Of a DNA stretch of 48,905 nt, positions 45,141-48,905 are shown one piece after another. Every line of letters starts with the position of its first letter. Within the stretch, counting starts at the first letter, position 1. The position numbers and the translations under genes were made by a program. The notes under the pieces were generated by a model. It was not told where the DNA came from. It searched no databases and was given only the letters and a program-made list of their open reading frames with translations. Source of the stretch: Stramenopiles sp. TOSAG23-2 (lineage: Eukaryota); assembly GCA_900128395.1 (NCBI GenBank), contig LT649274.1, positions 1 through 48,905 of the forward strand, written 5' to 3'.

Positions 45141-48100
45141 TTATGACACACGTTCACCATTATATCCTTTAAAGAAATCTTTTTTCATTTGTTTTCTGTT
45201 TCTATTTCTTACACCGTTGTCATTTCGAGCGTTATTGTAATCGTTATCAGTACCACGATGACGGGCACTTTTTCCGGGATATCGTTTGCGGGTATCGTTT
45301 GAACTCAATCTATCTTGAAAAATAGGTACATTTTTTACCATTGTACTTTCACGTGTGCTGTGATCCTTCTTTTTACTTCGACGACTACCACTTTTATTGA
45401 TAATAGAATCTGGTAATTTTTCTCCTCCAAAACCGATGAAAAATCTGCTATTCTGTGTTTCAGCATAATCGTATGAATCATCGTCACCGCTTGTATCATT
45501 TGTATGTAACGTATCATCACTTTCAGGATTGCGAATTGTTGAAGTCCTATTAGATCTATTATCATCTGCAATATTGCCACTATATATATTACCATTATTG
45601 TAACCGCCAAATATTTTTCCTGTTTTTCTCATCGTCTGCTCAATATTGTTTGAATCGTTTTGTCGCCTATCATTATTGACTGCCTTTTTTGGAACAATAT
45701 GTACAGGTAAGAGTTTAGTTTTTAGTTTTTTCAATTTTCGTCTGCGTTTTTCACTAATTCTCATTTTTGTTCGCCCAATACTACCCATTGAATGTTTAGT
45801 TTCATCTATTTTTTCTGTAATAATTGACACGGGGAAAATTGCATTACGTCTCTTTTTGACAACCGGTACAAACTTTCTTCTTGCGATAGCTTCAGCTACT
45901 TTTTCCTCTAAGTCTTTTTCTGTTTTCAACAAGATTTTATGCAACGTATCTTCAGTGAGCCACTTCATCGAAGTACCTTGCTTTTCTACCCATGCGTGCG
46001 CAAAATTCCTAGGATTGTCTTTTTTCCTTTTATTTAGAAACGCAACGAAGCGCTCTTTTAAACATGGAACTGAAATGACCAAAGCAAATATACCTAATAT
46101 GATGCACCCACCCGTCATAAAAACAAACAACCAGTCAAAGAACATTTGCTCTAATCTATCGTTGGTTTCCTGCATGTTGTACATTTTTAATGCCATTCCA
46201 CCAATTAGAGTTAACATCAGATGCGCAGATAAAATTATGGAGAGAATATTATCCCAATAAGCCAGATATGGGCGTTTAAATGCAACTAAACCGAACCATG
46301 TAAAACAAACCAAAACACCTAATACAACTTGGGCAACACTATCTTCACCAACTAAAATCAAACCACCCGTTAATAATAACCTTCTTACTAAATCTATAAG
46401 ATCATAATAATAGCAATCTTCTGTATAATTTTCATAAATCGCACCGAAGCGTTTCTTAGCTTGGCGGTGAGATGTTTTGTCTAATGCAGTTGATTCATGA
46501 AGGTGGTGGCGATATTTCCAAAGAGACATAAATTGAATTAAAGGCACTCCGATAACATATATAAATATACAAAGAATAGCCATACTGCCATACCACCACC
46601 AGTTGTCATCATAACATGTAACACTGTAATCATCCGTCAAATAAAAGACACCATGAACTTCGCGACATTTAAATAAACGAAAAATACGTGTTGAAAGTCC
46701 TGTATATAAACCGAATGAGAGTAACGATCCACTTGTAAACAACCGAGTTTTCAGCGATTCGCGAGTGTATCTTATTGGACAACAACAATAACGTCTCCGG
46801 ATCAAGGCTGCTGTCCATACTGTAAAAAAACATCCAGCAATTGCTGGGCCCAAAGACATGTGAAATACGAATTTTTGTGTAAATCCAGTTTGCATCCTAC
46901 AACTCACTTCGCCAAAAAACGCGTACACATCGAACGAAGTAAATTCCAGTAATTTCATTAGCAGCAATAAATTTTTAGGCCATGGAACGTCAAATGTGAC
47001 TCCAAAATTTGTTAAACATTGCGTATATCCAAACAAAATTTTCAGTTTCATTAATGCAACTCCCACATCCTTCATAGCATCACCGCCATCGGTGGTTTCA
47101 GCTTCCGCTTCAGGTGTGTCGTCCTCAGCTGACGATCCACCAAAATCAAAGAAAAATTCAATCATTTCAGCATGGTCAACATAGCCAGTGCTATCTTTAT
47201 CTATAGCGTCGAATAAAAATCCTACTTCTTTCACAGTGAATCCACCACCATGCTCTTCAACCAAGCGGTGAAAATGTATTAGATCTATTTGTCGCAACGT
47301 ATGATCAAAAACTTTTTCCATATCCATATTGTATAATTTTTGACGTAGCTCTTCTTCCTCGGCGTAAGTCAACGCCGGTTGCGTAATATAATTATAAATG
47401 CCGATCATAAATGTAACCATCGTGAGCAATGCAGCCAACATGAGCTCTCGTGTAGGTTCCGTAGCACCACCAGGAATATATCCTGGGCAACTTACACAAA
47501 ACCCTTGCTGCATTACATGTTCTTTTGCACAAACTGCGCATAAAGGCGAGTTATCATCATACTCCGGTGCGCATCGGCCAGTAGTTTCATTGCCACCTGC
47601 ACATGAATTTGGTATGATGCAATTGAAAAGCGGGTAAGAATCAAAATCTGAACTTTCTGGGAGGTAACGCCAATAATTTGCTGCAACAGCGGGTATTTTA
47701 ACACCAATGTCATCACAAAGTACACCTTCAATGCATTCTGTGCAATCAAGGAAGGGGGGCTTCCAAAATTTGACTCCACATATACATTCAGTTCCATTAT
47801 TCGCTCTTTCATAATCACCACGAAATTCTCCAATCCCACAACCTTCACTGATTATATTTACTTCCATTATTTGTGCTGGTATATCTGTAAAAAAGGTATC
47901 CTCACTCTTCATTTTATGATGAACAGTGCATGAAGCAACCACGGACCCTTTGGCGGTTCTCTCCTGGGGCGGTTTTGAAACAACTCTCACTCCTACAGGT
48001 GTTTGGAAGCTATCAGAAGTAAACGTGGTATCTTCTGGTGAAGTTACACTACACGCAGAAGAATTTGATGTTATAGAAACCTCGACTGTTTCGCTCGGGG

Positions 48101-48905
48101 CTATATTCAATAGGATATTATACAAAATAATACCGCCTTCATTTATTTGACCATTTGGTGGAATTCCTTCCACACTACCCATCGTTGGCAAGGGATTACA
48201 AGTACTAGCGCCATCACTAGAAAAGAAATTAAGTGCACAAGTTTTACAATTTATAGCACCAACACCATCTTGATATTGACCCGAAAGGCATGAACTACAA
48301 TTCGTTCCCCCTGCAGTCGATATGTAGAATCCACTTTCACATTTCTGGCATTCGCAGCGGCTTTCTAATCCAATGTTGGGCCCAATTCGTCCGGATGGAC
48401 AGTCTTTGCAATCTGAAGGATCATCATGCAACGAAACAGTCTCGCCATCATCTTCTAAATATGTGCCTAGTTTACATAGAAGACAATCGTTTTCATCGTT
48501 ATGCAATGAAGCGTTTGTCCCATCGTTTGTTAAATATTTGCCAGCTGGACAAATTGTACAATCATCCTCTGCATCGTGAGCTGCCGAAGAAACTCCTGTA
48601 TCCATTAAATATGTCCCTTTTGGGCATACAATGCATTCGGTTTGGGAATTCGGAGAATATGTTCCTGCATTACACACAGTGCAATTTGTTCCACCTGATA
48701 ATGATAATGTATCTGTAATACTACCTGGTTGACAGATTTTACAATTAGCAATACCAGTATTTAAATCATTATATGTACCAGCTGAACAATTACTACAATT
48801 AATTTGAGAATTTTGTGAAAATGTACCAATCAAACACGCTGTACAATTTGTACCACCTGATAATGATAATGTATCTGTAATACTACCTGGTTGACAGATT
48901 TTACA
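45141..48905 (-). CDS. Large surface protein, 5' partial: Cys-rich GCC2_GCC3/ephrin-receptor-like repeats, beta-rich domain, EF-hand and multi-TM C-terminal domain
   Basis: Many CxxCxxGxY repeats, EF-loop DKDSTGYVDHAE, and KLKILFGYTQ..VPWP..LFKC..FGAIYENY..KRPY TM block. The frame stays open to the window end, with a repeat unit recurring at 48843-48905. Confidence 0.88.
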   Translation of the reverse strand, partial: CKICQPGSITDTLSLSGGTNCTACLIGTFSQNSQINCSNCSAGTYNDLNTGIANCKICQPGSITDTLSLSGGTNCTVCNAGTYSPNSQTECIVCPKGTYLMDTGVSSAAHDAEDDCTICPAGKYLTNDGTNASLHNDENDCLLCKLGTYLEDDGETVSLHDDPSDCKDCPSGRIGPNIGLESRCECQKCESGFYISTAGGTNCSSCLSGQYQDGVGAINCKTCALNFFSSDGASTCNPLPTMGSVEGIPPNGQINEGGIILYNILLNIAPSETVEVSITSNSSACSVTSPEDTTFTSDSFQTPVGVRVVSKPPQERTAKGSVVASCTVHHKMKSEDTFFTDIPAQIMEVNIISEGCGIGEFRGDYERANNGTECICGVKFWKPPFLDCTECIEGVLCDDIGVKIPAVAANYWRYLPESSDFDSYPLFNCIIPNSCAGGNETTGRCAPEYDDNSPLCAVCAKEHVMQQGFCVSCPGYIPGGATEPTRELMLAALLTMVTFMIGIYNYITQPALTYAEEEELRQKLYNMDMEKVFDHTLRQIDLIHFHRLVEEHGGGFTVKEVGFLFDAIDKDSTGYVDHAEMIEFFFDFGGSSAEDDTPEAEAETTDGGDAMKDVGVALMKLKILFGYTQCLTNFGVTFDVPWPKNLLLLMKLLEFTSFDVYAFFGEVSCRMQTGFTQKFVFHMSLGPAIAGCFFTVWTAALIRRRYCCCPIRYTRESLKTRLFTSGSLLSFGLYTGLSTRIFRLFKCREVHGVFYLTDDYSVTCYDDNWWWYGSMAILCIFIYVIGVPLIQFMSLWKYRHHLHESTALDKTSHRQAKKRFGAIYENYTEDCYYYDLIDLVRRLLLTGGLILVGEDSVAQVVLGVLVCFTWFGLVAFKRPYLAYWDNILSIILSAHLMLTLIGGMALKMYNMQETNDRLEQMFFDWLFVFMTGGCIILGIFALVISVPCLKERFVAFLNKRKKDNPRNFAHAWVEKQGTSMKWLTEDTLHKILLKTEKDLEEKVAEAIARRKFVPVVKKRRNAIFPVSIITEKIDETKHSMGSIGRTKMRISEKRRRKLKKLKTKLLPVHIVPKKAVNNDRRQNDSNNIEQTMRKTGKIFGGYNNGNIYSGNIADDNRSNRTSTIRNPESDDTLHTNDTSGDDDSYDYAETQNSRFFIGFGGEKLPDSIINKSGSRRSKKKDHSTRESTMVKNVPIFQDRLSSNDTRKRYPGKSARHRGTDNDYNNARNDNGVRNRNRKQMKKDFFKGYNGERVS

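Overview
AT-rich, gene-dense eukaryotic DNA, probably a heterotrophic protist or stramenopile-like metagenome assembly (inference). It has four short GT-AG introns with CTAAC branch points and many poly-Asn tracts. 1-~4385 differs in composition and is compact and intronless, like a Polinton-like virus (PLV)/virophage fragment: an N6-adenine DNA methyltransferase multidomain fusion, a basic helical protein and a likely minor-capsid (penton) C-terminus. About 1 kb of non-coding DNA rich in inverted repeats follows. 5734-13988 is one spliced ~2705-aa mosaic gene (ankyrin, beta-trefoil-like repeats, C-type lectin, SCP2, cyclophilin). A CACTA-ended non-autonomous element sits inside a 76-bp tandem array (14489-16523). 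A foldback element carries ten copies of a 21-bp palindrome (21317-22931), and a branched hairpin lies at 38951-39274. The rest is host genes: ESD, cytochrome b5 reductase, RRP36, ICMT, DBR1, S28 and S53 peptidases, DUF202, ankyrin, GRDP-like, SGNH, histidine phosphatase, a gustatory-receptor-like membrane protein, a peroxisomal PhyH dioxygenase and a Cys-rich/EF-hand multi-TM protein. About a dozen perfect 74-114 bp tandem duplications, some frameshifting conserved genes, look like assembly artefacts. All family calls come from motif recognition; no searches were run.
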